This document shows positions 53,341 to 64,000 of a stretch of DNA of 64,000 nt, piece by piece. This DNA is from Vicugna vicugna (taxonomy: Eukaryota): NCBI GenBank assembly GCA_013265495.1, contig MU060767.1:5133546-5197545 (forward strand). The letters are read 5' to 3'. The position numbers were made by a program, and so were the translations under genes. Positions within the stretch are counted from its first letter, which is position 1; the number at the start of each line of letters is the position of its first letter. Under the pieces are notes generated by a model. The model was not told the DNA's origin. It searched no databases and saw only the letters and a program-made list of their open reading frames with translations.

Positions 53341-54321
53341 GGTAGCCAGTGTCTGCTGCAGTATTACTACTTAGTAGTCCCTTCCATGGCCCTCTTTATC
53401 TCAAGATAAACATAGCTTTCATAGCCATTCCACCACTCTCCGCCATCACCCACCACACACAGCCTGTGGTCTCTTGCTCCTCTGCAGAAGCACACACCCA
53501 GCTCTAAAGGACCCTTCAACAGTTTTCACACCGTGATGTTGTGTGCACCCATATTTGCACACCTTGCTCTCCACCCAGTTGGAGCTGCTTAGTTCATGTT
53601 TGTGCCCAGAGCACTAAGCAGTCCTGGATAGGCTGGTCAAGACTCAATGACCACAGGGAGTATACACCTCCTTCCCTGAAGGAAGTGGCGCCCAGCCCTC
53701 CCCACCCCGTCCCACAGTGCAGATGCTCTTTCCTGTTGGGAATAAAGTACTAGAGACTCAGCTTCCTTCCTTTCTGCATGTGGCCTTGGAGAGGGCGGGT
53801 CTTGGAGGGAGGAGGGAGCTCCTGGGCAGGGAGGTGGGACAGTGGCTTCTTTGGGGAGAGGAATTCTCCTGCTGCACACCGAGGTGTGGGCCTCATGAGC
53901 CAGTGGAGGGAGTACCCAGCTCTGCCAAGAGGGAGAGGGGGAGAGAGCCATCCTCAAGGCCAAGGCCATTTGTGAAAGAGGGAGAACTGGACACTCCTGG
54001 TCAAGCCTGGTGAGTTCCATATCAAACTGTCCTCTGCAATTCGGAGTGGGAGCAGTCTCCAGCAGAGTCCCATGCTTACCCTGACTCACTTGGCATCTGA
54101 GGGGCAAAACTGAGAAACCCAGGAGGCAAAGGTTTCCCAGGTGCCTCCCCATCATCCCCGCCTCCCTCTCATTTCCTGAGGAGGCTGGGCAAGAACCTTC
54201 CTCCTCCTTCTCCAAAGGGCCTAGATGGAGGCTGCAGCTTAGAGGAGCACCCACTCTTCCTGCTCTAACTTAGACCTTCGATCCCACTCCTACCTCTGCT
54301 CCAGCTCCTCCAGGGCCTGCC

Positions 54322-57300
54322 ATGGACTCAGCAGCCAAGGACAAAATGAAGCCCACAATTCCTCCTGGTATGAGCCCTTCTGGCTAGGCTGATGGGGGGA
54401 TGGCGGCAAGAAAGATGGGAATGGTGGGGTTGGGTCCTCCCTGCCTCTGGCTGGAGCTCTAGAGGGCAGGGAGAGAAGGGGACTGCCCTGGGGTACAAGC
54501 TGAGGAGTAGGAAGGGGAGCAGATTTGGCAGCTGCTTCCTGCAGGCCCTGCCTAACTGACGCAGCTGCCCAGGCTCTTCCTGCCCAGGGCCTGAGTGGCC
54601 GGAGCAGGAGAGGGCGGAGCAGCTGGCCCGGGGTGCAGCGCTCAAGTGGGCCTCTGGTATCTTCTACCGGCCAGAGCAGCTGGCCAGGCTGGGGCAGTAC
54701 CGCAGCCGTGAGGTGCAGCGTACCTGTTCCCTGGAAGCACGCATCAAGGTGGGCATCAGGCAGGAGGCAGGCACGCTGGGGGTGGGCTGCAGGCCTGGCC
54801 AGGCCTCACTATCTGCCCCCTTCCCACAGTCGGTGGTGCAGTCATACCTGGAGGGCGTGAAGACTGGTGTGCGGCAGCTGGCCCAGGCCCTGGAGGCCAT
54901 GCAGGGAGTCCGTGAGGCTCTGAGCCAGGCCCATGGGTTGCTCCGGGGTATGGCTGAAGCTGCACAGACCCTAGAACCCCTGCGGGAGCAGGTTGTGCAG
55001 CACAAGCAACTGTGGGCCTTGTCTCAGCTGCTGCCCCGGCTGCGAGCCGGTAAGCGTGCAGCAGTCCTGGGCCTCAGCCCTCCAACAGCTAGTCACCAAA
55101 CACCATCACTGATTGAGGGGCTGGGGCACCAGTGGGAGACTGCATGGAGGGACACACCAGGGACCTTCCAGAGAGTAACTTGGGCTTCAAATGGCATATG
55201 AAGCAGGGTACATATTAGTTCATTCTGGGGTTCCTAAGCAAGGGATGTCTGAATCAGAACTGACACCCAGTCAAGTGGCTTTGGCCACTCTGATTGTTAA
55301 TTTATTGAAATAGTTCCCTAACAAAATGAATGAATAGCTACTGGCATGCCCCTCCCCCACCCTGCCCCAGTTCCTCCCTGCCTTCCCTCCAGGATCCCTG
55401 ACTTCCTCATGTTCCTTCAGCTCAAGGGTTTACACCTGGCCCACCATGGTGGCCCTTCCTTTCAGGTCCTTTCAGATTGGCCAATGCTCTACTGTATTGT
55501 TTACTAAGTATTTTATACATCACTCCAGCCCCAGGGTCTTAGCTTCCACTGCTGTGCCTACTGCATATGTGGGAAGGCTGAGACCCAGAGCTGTCTCTTC
55601 TCCTCCCTGCTTAGTGCCAGCTGCAGTGGCCCACACACAGACCCTGATTGATGCCCAGCGGCTCTTGGAGGCATATGTGAGCCTTCGGGAGCTAGAACAG
55701 CTGCAAGAGGAGACGTGGGCACCTCTGGGGGGCCTGGAGTTGCCAGTCTTTGAGGGACTGGGTCCTCTGGCTGAGGCTCTGGGCCAGGCTGTGGAGGCAG
55801 CTGCAGGGGCTGCAGGGCGGCTGGCACGGGAGGACCCAGCCCTGCTGGTGGCTGCTGTGCGTGTGGCAGAGGTGGATGCTGGGCGCACAACTTCTCGGGA
55901 GCAGGCCCCTCGGGACTGGCGGCAGCGCTGTTTGCGGGCACTACAGGAGGGCCTAGAGCGGATCCACTTTGGGACACTGCCACAGCCTGGACCAGGGGCA
56001 CTAGCAGAGTGGCTGGAGGCTCTGAGGGTGGCTTTACCAGCTGAGTTGGCCACAGCTGAGGCACTAGTAGCACCCTGCTGCCCACCACAATACAAGGTGG
56101 TCCAGCTGTGGGCCCACACCCTGCACAGCAGCCTGCGCCGCTGCCTGCAGCAACTTCTGGAAAGGACTGAGCTGGGAGCTGCTGATACCTTCACCTTGCT
56201 GCACTGGGCACTGCATGTATACCTAGGGTCGGTGTCCCTGGGCCAACGGGAAGTGGGTGGATCAGAGGTGGGGGCTCAGTGTAACACTGGGGCACCCATC
56301 TCCAGGCCAGAAATGATGGGGAGCCTAGAGTTAGGGCCTGAGGCTGATGTGTCCCATCTGGAGCCCCTCCTGACCCTGGAGAATGTCGAGCAGCTAGAGG
56401 CAACATTTGTGGCCGAAGTCCAGGTAAGTAGTTAGGGCCTGGGTCCAGAGAAGTTTGCCACCAGCTGTGGGGTTTTATCTGCATGTCTACCTGTCTCTAG
56501 CTGTGTCAGTGCCCTGCTACATCCTGCTGCTCCTTGCTCCTTTCCCCAGGCAAGTGTGACCCAGTGGCTTCAGAAGGCACTGGATGGGGAGGCAGCTGAG
56601 TGGGGCAGAGAGCAGGAGCCCGACACAGACCCATCTGGCTTCTACCACTCACCAATGCCGGCCATTGTGCTGCAGGTGGGTGAAAAGTGGTGAGGCAGGT
56701 GGGCAGACCTCATGTGGAAATAGAAAGAGAGCAGGACTAGGATTCTGCTGATGGCTGCCTATCTCTGACTGTAGATCCTGGAAGAGAACATTCGTGTGGC
56801 CAGCATGGTCAGTGAGTCACTGCAGCAGCGGGTGCATGACATGGCGCTGTCAGAACTGAGCGCATTCCTGAGGAGGTCTGCGAAGGCAATGACCCACTCC
56901 CAACCCCTGACCCTGCTCCTGGGGCAGCCTAACGGGGCTCTGAATGAATAAGGGACACTAGTGGAAAGGGGCTCCTTCATATAGGGCCTTGGGTATCTTG
57001 GAGATGGAGCTGGAGTACCAAGGACTGGGGTTGTGCAAGAGTGACCACAGGTACAGGAGCCACTTCTGTCCTTTGCAGCTTCAGTGATGCTCTGATCAGA
57101 TTTTCCCGAGACCACCTCAGGGGGGAAGCAATGGTCCCTCATTATGTGCCCTACCTACTGGCCACCCTCAACCACCAATCAGCACTCAGGTACCAGGAAG
57201 CCCCCATGTAACCCCACCTTCAGTAACTCATGATTGAATACCTATTAGGTATGGACCCAGCCTGCACTATGCCATTAGGAATTTTGGACTCATATAGCCC

Positions 57301-59020
57301 TGGGGTTCTAATCCTAGTTCTACTAATTACTAGCTGTGTGACCTTGAGCCAGTTACCTAATCTCTCTGAACCTTGCTTTTCTCACAGTAGTATATAGGTA
57401 ATAATAGATGTTCTGAGAATCACATGTGATAACGGATATGAAGAACCTCCAACAGTACCTGGGACATAGTGTCAATTATTCATTCAATTAACAAATGTTT
57501 ATCAAGACCCTACTCTGTGCCAAGTAATATCTGGGGTTACAGCTGTAAACAAAACAAAAATACTCCCTTCTTCTTGGGTCTTATGTTCTTTGGGGTGGGG
57601 GCATAATACGACGAATAAGTTAATTACGATTTTGACTCCCTCCTGAGTGGGATTAACTCTCTCCTCTTACCGAAACAGACACCAGAAGACATGACTTGCT
57701 CAAGGTCACATCGCAAATTAGAGGCAGGTCCAGCTGGGCTGTGTCCCTTCTAGCTTGCTGAGCCCACCACTCCCAGCCTCAGTCCACGCCCCAGGCCTTT
57801 ACAAGTGCAGGGAGCCGCGCTTCTTGACCCTGACGCCACTAGGTGGCGCCCAGGTGTCTAGACAACAGAGGGCCACGCGGGCCTTGGCCTTGGTCCTGAA
57901 GCCTACTTGTGGTCTCCGTCTAGCTCCTCCTTGTCCGTCCTGCAGCCCGACTGGGTGGCTCCAGGGGCCTTGGCTCCGGTGGAGGCAGCGCTGGACGAGT
58001 TGCAGAGGAGGATCTGCCGCCTGGTGTTGGAGGCGCTGCTGTTGGAGCTACAGGTGAGGCTTCAGGTGGAGGTGGGGGTGCGAGTAGGAGATACAGTGTA
58101 TTATGAGGAGTCTCCGCGGGGAATGCCGGGTCTGAATCGTCTCTCCAGCCGCGTCTATGACCCCTGCTCCCAGCCCCTATTCGCGGCTCTGCCCTCGCGT
58201 CAGTGGCTATCGAGCCCGGAGCTGCTGGAAGGGGTGTGTGAGCGGACGGCACGCTTCTGCCAGGACTTCCGACACGTGCGGAATCCCGCAGTCCAGGTGC
58301 TTTGGGGCGAAAGGCTGGGGAGAGGGGAAAGCACGCACGGGAAAGGTGTCCAGGACCCATTTGATCGTGCTCCCTGCAGCTGCTGCTGGCGGAGGCGGAG
58401 CGTACCGTGGTGTTGCAGTATCTACGTGCGCTAATGCAAGGCCGTCTAGTGTGCCGAGGGGCTGACGAGCGGACCCAGGCAGCCGAGCGCCTGCGGCAAG
58501 ATGCCGCCCAGCTTCGGGAGCTTTTCCTCGGTTTGGTGAGAACTCGTTGGGCTAGAAGATGGGCGGGAGTCTCAGTGGTTGGCTAGGGGCCAAAGGCTGG
58601 CGCGAGATCTACCCCTATGTGCTCAGGGTCTGGAGGAGAGCGTTCAGTGTGCGCCAGTGCTGCTGGCCCTGAGGGAGCTGCTGAACCTCCGCGACCCCAC
58701 GCTGCTTGGCCTCGAGGTGGCGGGCCTGCGGCAACAATTTCCCGACGTAAGGTGCAAAGACGGGCCAGGAAGGGAGGAGGGACCTGGGAGAGGCTGGCTG
58801 GGGCTGACTCACCTCACCTCGTACCTGTAGCGAGGAGCATGTCTCTGCCCTCTTGGACCTGCGCGGGGACGTGTCCCGAGAGCAGCGCCTGGCCGCACTC
58901 AGCTCCCTGCAGGTCGGCCCGCAGCCCTCGCCTCCCACTGGTCGCCGCGCACTCTTCAGTCTTGTGCCAACACCTGCGCCCCCGCCCTCCTCCTGCCTCC
59001 CCTCAGGGTCCTGTGCTTGA
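54322..59020 (+). CDS. EXOC3L1: Exocyst complex component 3-like 1, about 739 aa
   Basis: Exons 54322-54367, 54588-54748 (alternative in-frame acceptor at 54573), 54830-55049, 55615-56227, 56306-56423, 56550-56675, 56775-56875, 57079-57189, 57924-58053, 58174-58296, 58380-58535, 58627-58751 and 58831-59020. They sum to 2220 nt, open throughout; MDSAAKDKM...SCLPSGSCA-TGA. Confidence 0.95.
57295..57730. mobile_element. MIR (+, about 57295-57480), L2 end (-, about 57475-57600) and MIR (-, about 57640-57730)
   Basis: CTAGCTGTGTGACCTTGAGCCAGTTACCTAATCTCTCTGAACCT; CATTCAATTAACAAATGTTTAT; GACTTGCTCAAGGTCACA. Confidence 0.65.
57836..57849 (+). promoter_or_regulatory. CTCF motif in EXOC3L1 intron 8
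   Basis: CCACTAGGTGGCGC is a full match to the consensus CCASYAGRKGGCRS. Confidence 0.7.
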
Positions 59021-59037
59021 CTCCTAATTGCCCGCAG

Positions 59038-59043
59038 AATAAA
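59038..59043 (+). terminator. EXOC3L1 polyadenylation signal
   Basis: AATAAA 18 nt after the stop codon. Confidence 0.75.
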
Positions 59044-59199
59044 GCCACCATCCCCGTACACCTGAATTGTGTGTGTTGGAGAAGGGGGAAATGAAATGAA
59101 TGTGCCCGCGAAGTCAGGGTGTCCACAAGCAGTGACACACCTAAGGTATCTTGGCTCCAGTCCTGATATACCGCTGCGCCCCTGCATCAGCCCTTTGTG

Positions 59200-59620
59200 T
59201 GGGCAGCTTACCCAAGTATTTGGGCTTCCGCCGCTGTATGCGGACTACATCCCCATGTACGCGCGCAGGGGCGGTGAGCTCCGGTCTCCACCGCCCCTAG
59301 TCCCACCGCGGAATAGCACCTGAACATCGGAAATCCACCCAGGCCTTGTGGAGGAGGCGGGCTTAAGAAAACGGCCCACCAAGGGGCGTGACCTGGTGGT
59401 GGACAACTCCCCCTCTGATCTGCCCGGCCCCACCCCGAACCGTGTTCTTTGGCGCGTGCGGAGATTGACGCGAATCCGCAAGCCTTCCTGTGAGCGTGCG
59501 CACGCCCGAGTGCGTGCGTCACCGCGTTGGCTCCCGCGGGCTGGGCGGCTAGCGATCGATATTGCGGAGCGAGAACGACAGCGGCGAGAAGAGGAGCGAA
59601 CAGGTGGGGGCGCGGCGCGC
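59200..59620 (+). promoter_or_regulatory. MATCAP1 promoter and non-coding first exon, within a CpG island that also covers the last EXOC3L1 exons
   Basis: CpG-dense; GGGGCGTGACC near 59383; NRF1-like GCGTGCGCACGC near 59495; donor CAG|GTGGGG at 59603. Confidence 0.65.
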
Positions 59621-59919
59621 GGATGGAATCCCCTCACCCCCTAGAGGCCAAGAAGGCATTTGACGCGACCCCTCCTCATCTACCAGGGAACCCCCGGCTC
59701 CATTGTCTTCTGGCCCCGCCCTCCATTGGGCACGCCCTTTGCCCCGTCCCCCGCCACTTATTGGCTGCAGGTCACGCCCCTCCTCGATCTCCCCGTCCCC
59801 ATTGGCTCCCCTTCCACGTTATCCTCTCCCGGAGTTTCTCATTGGTGCAGGTCACACCCTCTTATTTGTCACCAGACACCGCCTTCAATATGGGCTCCTC
59901 CCACAGCCATCTTTCATTC

Positions 59920-61310
59920 ATTCTGCGTATAGGCCTGGGTGCTTGGGTCATGGAGGTGAATCAGACCCGTCACTGCCCTCAGGAAGTTCAGGGGATGTTA
60001 GGGGACATGGACCTAGGTTCCGACAGTGACAGCCTAGGGTGGTAAAGAAGCCGCCTAGGCACTGGGAGCCTCTAAGACGCTGGGAAGGCTTCCCGGAGGA
60101 GGTGAGGCCTAAACCCAGCCCTGAAGAATGGTTAGGAGTTTGCTGTAGGGAGACATTGGGAGGGCATTTTTGGAAGAAGGACCTGAGACATGAAAGAAAC
60201 AGACATATTCTGGTAATTGCAAAGAGGTAGGTCAAATGAAAGAAGGGGAGATGAAGAGGATTGAAAAAAACAGAGGCTTAGAGACCAGTAAGAAATCCAG
60301 AGAAGTGTATAGTTAGTTGAGGGGAGGGAAACCTGAAGCCTGAAATCTTTTCAAGAAGCTTATCAATAGGCAGAGTGCAGGAAGGTGGGGAAGAGGGGGA
60401 GGGGATCAGATCTAGATGGGGAAGAAAAGTGCAGGGAAGGAATGATTCCATTTCTGACAAAGAAAAGGGCTCTTGGGTTCATTCGTTTATTGAGCAACTG
60501 CTCTGGGTCAGGTACTGTTCTGGAGACACAGCTGTGAACACCTAAAAGGGGAAAACATAACTAATCTTCACATATACTATACTTCAGACAGTGATAACTG
60601 CTTCAGAGGACAGTAGTGTGGGGAAAGGGAGGTTTCCTATTTTATAAAGGGTGTATTAGGCAGGCTTTTCTAATAACATATTTGTACAGAAATCTGAGAA
60701 AAGTGAGAGAGTGACCCTTGCAGTTATATGGGGGGAAAACATTCCAGACAGGGAACATGTTCAGTTTGAAATGCCTGTATACATTCAAGTAAAGATGTTG
60801 AATTGAGAACTGGCAATGCTGAAGTTTTTGGAAGAAATCTGGGCTCACATATTTAAAACCATGAGGGTAGATGAGATCACCTAGGGAGTGTGCATAAATG
60901 GAGAAGAGGAGAGAAGTTTCCAGGTCCTGGGAATTACAGTGTTAAAAGGTCAGGAAGATAGGGATGACCAGAAAGGAATACCAAGAACAAACAGCCAGTG
61001 AGGTGGGAGAACTGAGTTGCGGTGTATTTGGGAACCAAGTGGAGAATGTGGTCAAACCAAAATTAAGTGATTAATTTTGTCAGGTTCTACTAATTAAGAT
61101 GAAGACCATTGGTGACCTTGGTCAGATCAGTTTTGATGGAGACTGGGGGGGGCCTAATTGGAGTGAAATTTAAGCGAGAACAGCAAGGAAGAAATTGGGA
61201 ACCAAGTATAGATGACTCGAGGTGTTGTGCTGCCCCGAGGAACAGTGGAGCTGGAAGAGTGTAGAGTCAAGTGAGGGTTTTGTTTTTTAAGATGAAAAAA
61301 TGACAGCATG
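59920..61310 (-). mobile_element. L2 remnants in MATCAP1 intron 1
   Basis: CATTCGTTTATTGAGCAACTGCT...ACAGCTGTGAAC...GATGAGATCACCTAGGGAG; boundaries approximate. Confidence 0.5.
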
Positions 61311-61320
61311 TGTTTATCTC

Positions 61321-61425
61321 TTTTTTTTTTTTTTTGTAATGGAGGTCTTGGGGATTGAACCCAGGACCTTGTGCACACTAAGCATGTGCTCTATCACTTA
61401 GCTATACCCAGCTACCACCACCCCC
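61321..61425 (-). mobile_element. Short tRNA-derived SINE in MATCAP1 intron 1
   Basis: Same family core; T15 tail; imperfect TSD CAGC(A/T)TGTGTTTAT. Confidence 0.85.
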
Positions 61426-62351
61426 AGCTTGTGTTTATTCTGATGGGAAGAATTCAGTAGAAAGGAAGAGATTGATGATGTAGGAGATGAAGGAGAGAGG
61501 AGAAATGCTGGAATTGCGTCCCTGAGCATGCAGGAGAGCTTGGAGGCTGGAGACTTCAGTCAGTTTCTGGGGAGAGACTGGATTGGACTGAGCCGTTCAG
61601 ATTCAGGGGTGAGTGTCCTGACAGTGGCCTTGGATGACCACTAGGAAGATGTCTCTGATAGGGGACAGACCAAGGACTGCCTTGGATTTGCTGAATTTTC
61701 CCTCTGTACACCAAAAGCTGATTCTAATTTGGATTTGAACAGACGGCCCAGAGAAGAGAGAGCATTGCATGTGGAGGGACTGACATAAGCAAGGGGCATG
61801 CAGGCATTCAAACTGAGGCCCAATGGGCTGAAGGAGATGGGTGGAGCTAGGTGGGAGGGGCGGGGTGAGACTGAGAAAATGCCATAGGTAGAAAGCAGGT
61901 AGAAGGTAGTGAGATCCCCTCATCCATCATCCTAGCAGCTGAGGCTACATTGTACCAGCTTCCAGTCAGGGTGGGTGCTGAGCACAGGGATTAAAATCAT
62001 GAGTAGGTGCTTACGCCTTGCTCACGGGAGCTCACAGGCTAAGGGGATTTGAGTAACCACCATCCTGGTAGGTGTATAAGACTCTTCCTCCAGCTTTGCC
62101 CCAGTCCAGCTTGCTTGGATGAGCCTGCTGGAGGGGTAGGCAGTGGGATGGAGGTAAGAGGGCAGATGAAGAAGACCTGGCATCAGGTTCTGGGCCCATC
62201 AAGTGCCGGGCAAAGACAGTGTGGCGCACAGGGCCTGCTGGTCCTCATGCCACACTCACTCATGTTGGCCTCCATATGCCTTTCTGTGTCCCCAGAAGTC
62301 AACAGTGTGGGGAGTTGGAGTGATCCAGCTGGATGTGACCCCCAGAACAGA

Positions 62352-63574
62352 ATGGTGCTGGACTCAGGGGCTCAGGTGTATGAGCAGACTCCCCCCAGCC
62401 CGCCAGCCAGTCCCTCATCCTTGGGCCGTAGGCTGAAGCCCTCAGACCAAAATGGGACAGCACTGTACCCCTGGCCTCAGTCTCTGGCCTTGCCCCAGGC
62501 TGTGTCTGTCCCCTCAGCCCTCCGGCCCAGGCCTGAGCTGCAGCCCTTCTCAAAGCTGGACTTGGGCCACCAAGGCCACATGCGTCGCAGTGAGAGCACC
62601 TACACCATAAACAGTGCTGGTCGGCGGGGGAGCGGCACCCAGGGCCGGGCCCCACCTGGACGAGGCCGGAACCCAGGTGGGGGCACCCTGCGGTCTGCGG
62701 CCTCCCTGCCTCACATTGCTAAGACTCGAAAGGATGCAGGCCGTGGTGCCAGCAAGAGCCCCTGCATGTTGGTGGCTCTGCGGCCAACCAACATGGACTA
62801 TGAGCGGGACAAGTTCTTCCAGTCCCAGTACACCTACAATCCACAGTTCGAGTACCAGGAGCCCATGCCTACGGCTGTGCTGGAGAAGTACTGTGAGGCC
62901 TCTGGACAGTTCATCCATCAGGTCAGTCCAGATTGCCCACCTCACCCTGGCTCTGACCATCTGAGAGACTTCACCTTACCCACTACTGTGGCCCTTTGTG
63001 CAGGCAGTTGGCATCATTGAGGCTGTCCTGGAGAAGTTTGGCACCTATGAACACTTTGAGGCTGCGACTGGGGGCCAGCTGCTGACCAAGTGCCAGATCT
63101 GGTCCATTGTGCGCAAATACATGCAGAAGGAGGGCTGTGTCGGGGAGGTGAGCTTGCCCTGCCTGTGAGACCCCTTTTCCACATGCCCCAAACCAGGCTG
63201 CCAAGTTGGCAGTGCTAGGCCCAGCTCCACACTGTTGGAGCTAGTGACCACAGGCAAGCCCATGTCCCTGTCCCTGTCCCTGTCCCTGCCCCAGGAAGGT
63301 GGGAGCTGCCACTGAGCAGAGGTGGGAAAGGGTGGGAGTCCTGGCCAAGTGTCCAACCTGGCTTCCCTGTGACATCAGTGGGTCTACCTGCACACTGGCC
63401 CCAGAGCTGGTGTCCATGGTTCAGGGCACTGTCACTTACAGGTTGTGGTGCAGCTGAGTGAGGACCTGCTGTCCCAGGCAGTGATGATGGTGGAGAACAG
63501 CCGACCAACATTGGCCATCAACCTGACTGGAGCCCGCCAGTATTGGTTGGAGGGCATGCTGCGGCATGAGATAG
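62352..63574 (+). CDS. MATCAP1: Microtubule-associated tyrosine carboxypeptidase 1 (KIAA0895L), first three coding exons; continues off the right edge
   Basis: Exons 62352-62921 (MVLDSGAQVYEQTPPSPP...EASGQFIHQ), 63004-63147 and 63442-63574 (...WLEGMLRHEI, start of the HEIGTH zinc motif split by the intron). Probable non-coding exon ends at the CAG|GTGGGG donor, 59603. Confidence 0.93.
63263..63289. repeat. (TGTCCC)4 short tandem repeat
   Basis: Read directly; lies in a MATCAP1 intron. Confidence 0.8.
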
Positions 63575-64000
63575 GTCAGAGTATGGGTAGGTGGGTGGGT
63601 GTGTAGGGGTGAGATGGGGTTGGGACATGGGGGGCAGTGAGGGGCTCCAGTAACCCCACCCCTTTTCTTTTTCCCCCTTCCATCCGGAGGACAGGCCCCT
63701 TCCCTTCGTGAGCAGCTACTTCCCTCTGGCTCACAGAGGTACATGCCTGCCCACTCTCTGGGCTCACTCTCATCTCTTGTTCCTTTTGGGTATCTTTTCT
63801 TCCCTCTACTTCCTCTTTGATTTCCTTTGACAGGGGGGCAAGACTGCTGAGGCCCAGAGAGGCCAGAGGGAGGACCCTAAGTGTCCCACTAGCCCAGCCA
63901 ACATGCAGGCCCTCCAGGGTGGGTGGAAGTTCAGATCCTGGGAATGAAATTGGCTGAAGACACACAGAGCTGGGTTTAGGAGGGGATAGACCAGGCTGGA

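Noticed and set aside
59018-59043. EXOC3L1 TGA as a premature stop relative to the recalled human C-terminus (RALLLAE)
   Set aside because: It removes only about 7 residues, the downstream frame does not match, and the rest of the gene is intact; ordinary C-terminal variation.
62049-62351. 101-aa in-frame upstream extension of MATCAP1
   Set aside because: Starts at TTG inside intron sequence upstream of the acceptor near 62295; no evidence of inclusion.

Overview
Mammalian, gene-dense window syntenic with human 16q22.1, read in the reverse orientation. Gene order: SLC9A5 (-, exons 1-4, runs off the left edge), FHOD1 (+), TMEM208 (-), LRRC29/FBXL9 (+), ELMO3 (-) with MIR328 antisense in an intron, E2F4 (-), EXOC3L1 (+), MATCAP1/KIAA0895L (+, runs off the right edge). 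I mapped exon boundaries by hand from splice signals and recalled orthologue proteins, and the phases and lengths close correctly. Short tRNA-derived SINEs with target-site duplications, and no recognisable Alu/B1/Bov-tA/PRE-1, suggest a camelid (inference). Main non-routine observations: (1) LRRC29/FBXL9 is a unitary pseudogene here, with two in-frame stops, a 4-nt frameshift, a probable 1-nt frameshift, loss of the stop codon and CpG decay. (2) FHOD1 has a -1 frameshift at an A9 run in FH1, most likely an assembly error. (3) Degenerate ~30-33-bp tandem arrays lie in or beside two bidirectional promoters, and a phased CCAAT array lies in MATCAP1 intron 1. (4) A perfect 3x46-bp repeat carrying AATAAA lies in FHOD1 intron 1. 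(5) E2F4 has an AT-AC-type U12 acceptor. (6) A 13-bp quasi-palindrome coincides with a divergent patch of FHOD1 protein. Five N gaps hide parts of three coding exons. No CRISPR array, rRNA or tRNA gene is supported. I found no convincing wholly new gene system; the candidates for novelty are the gene loss and the unexplained promoter arrays.
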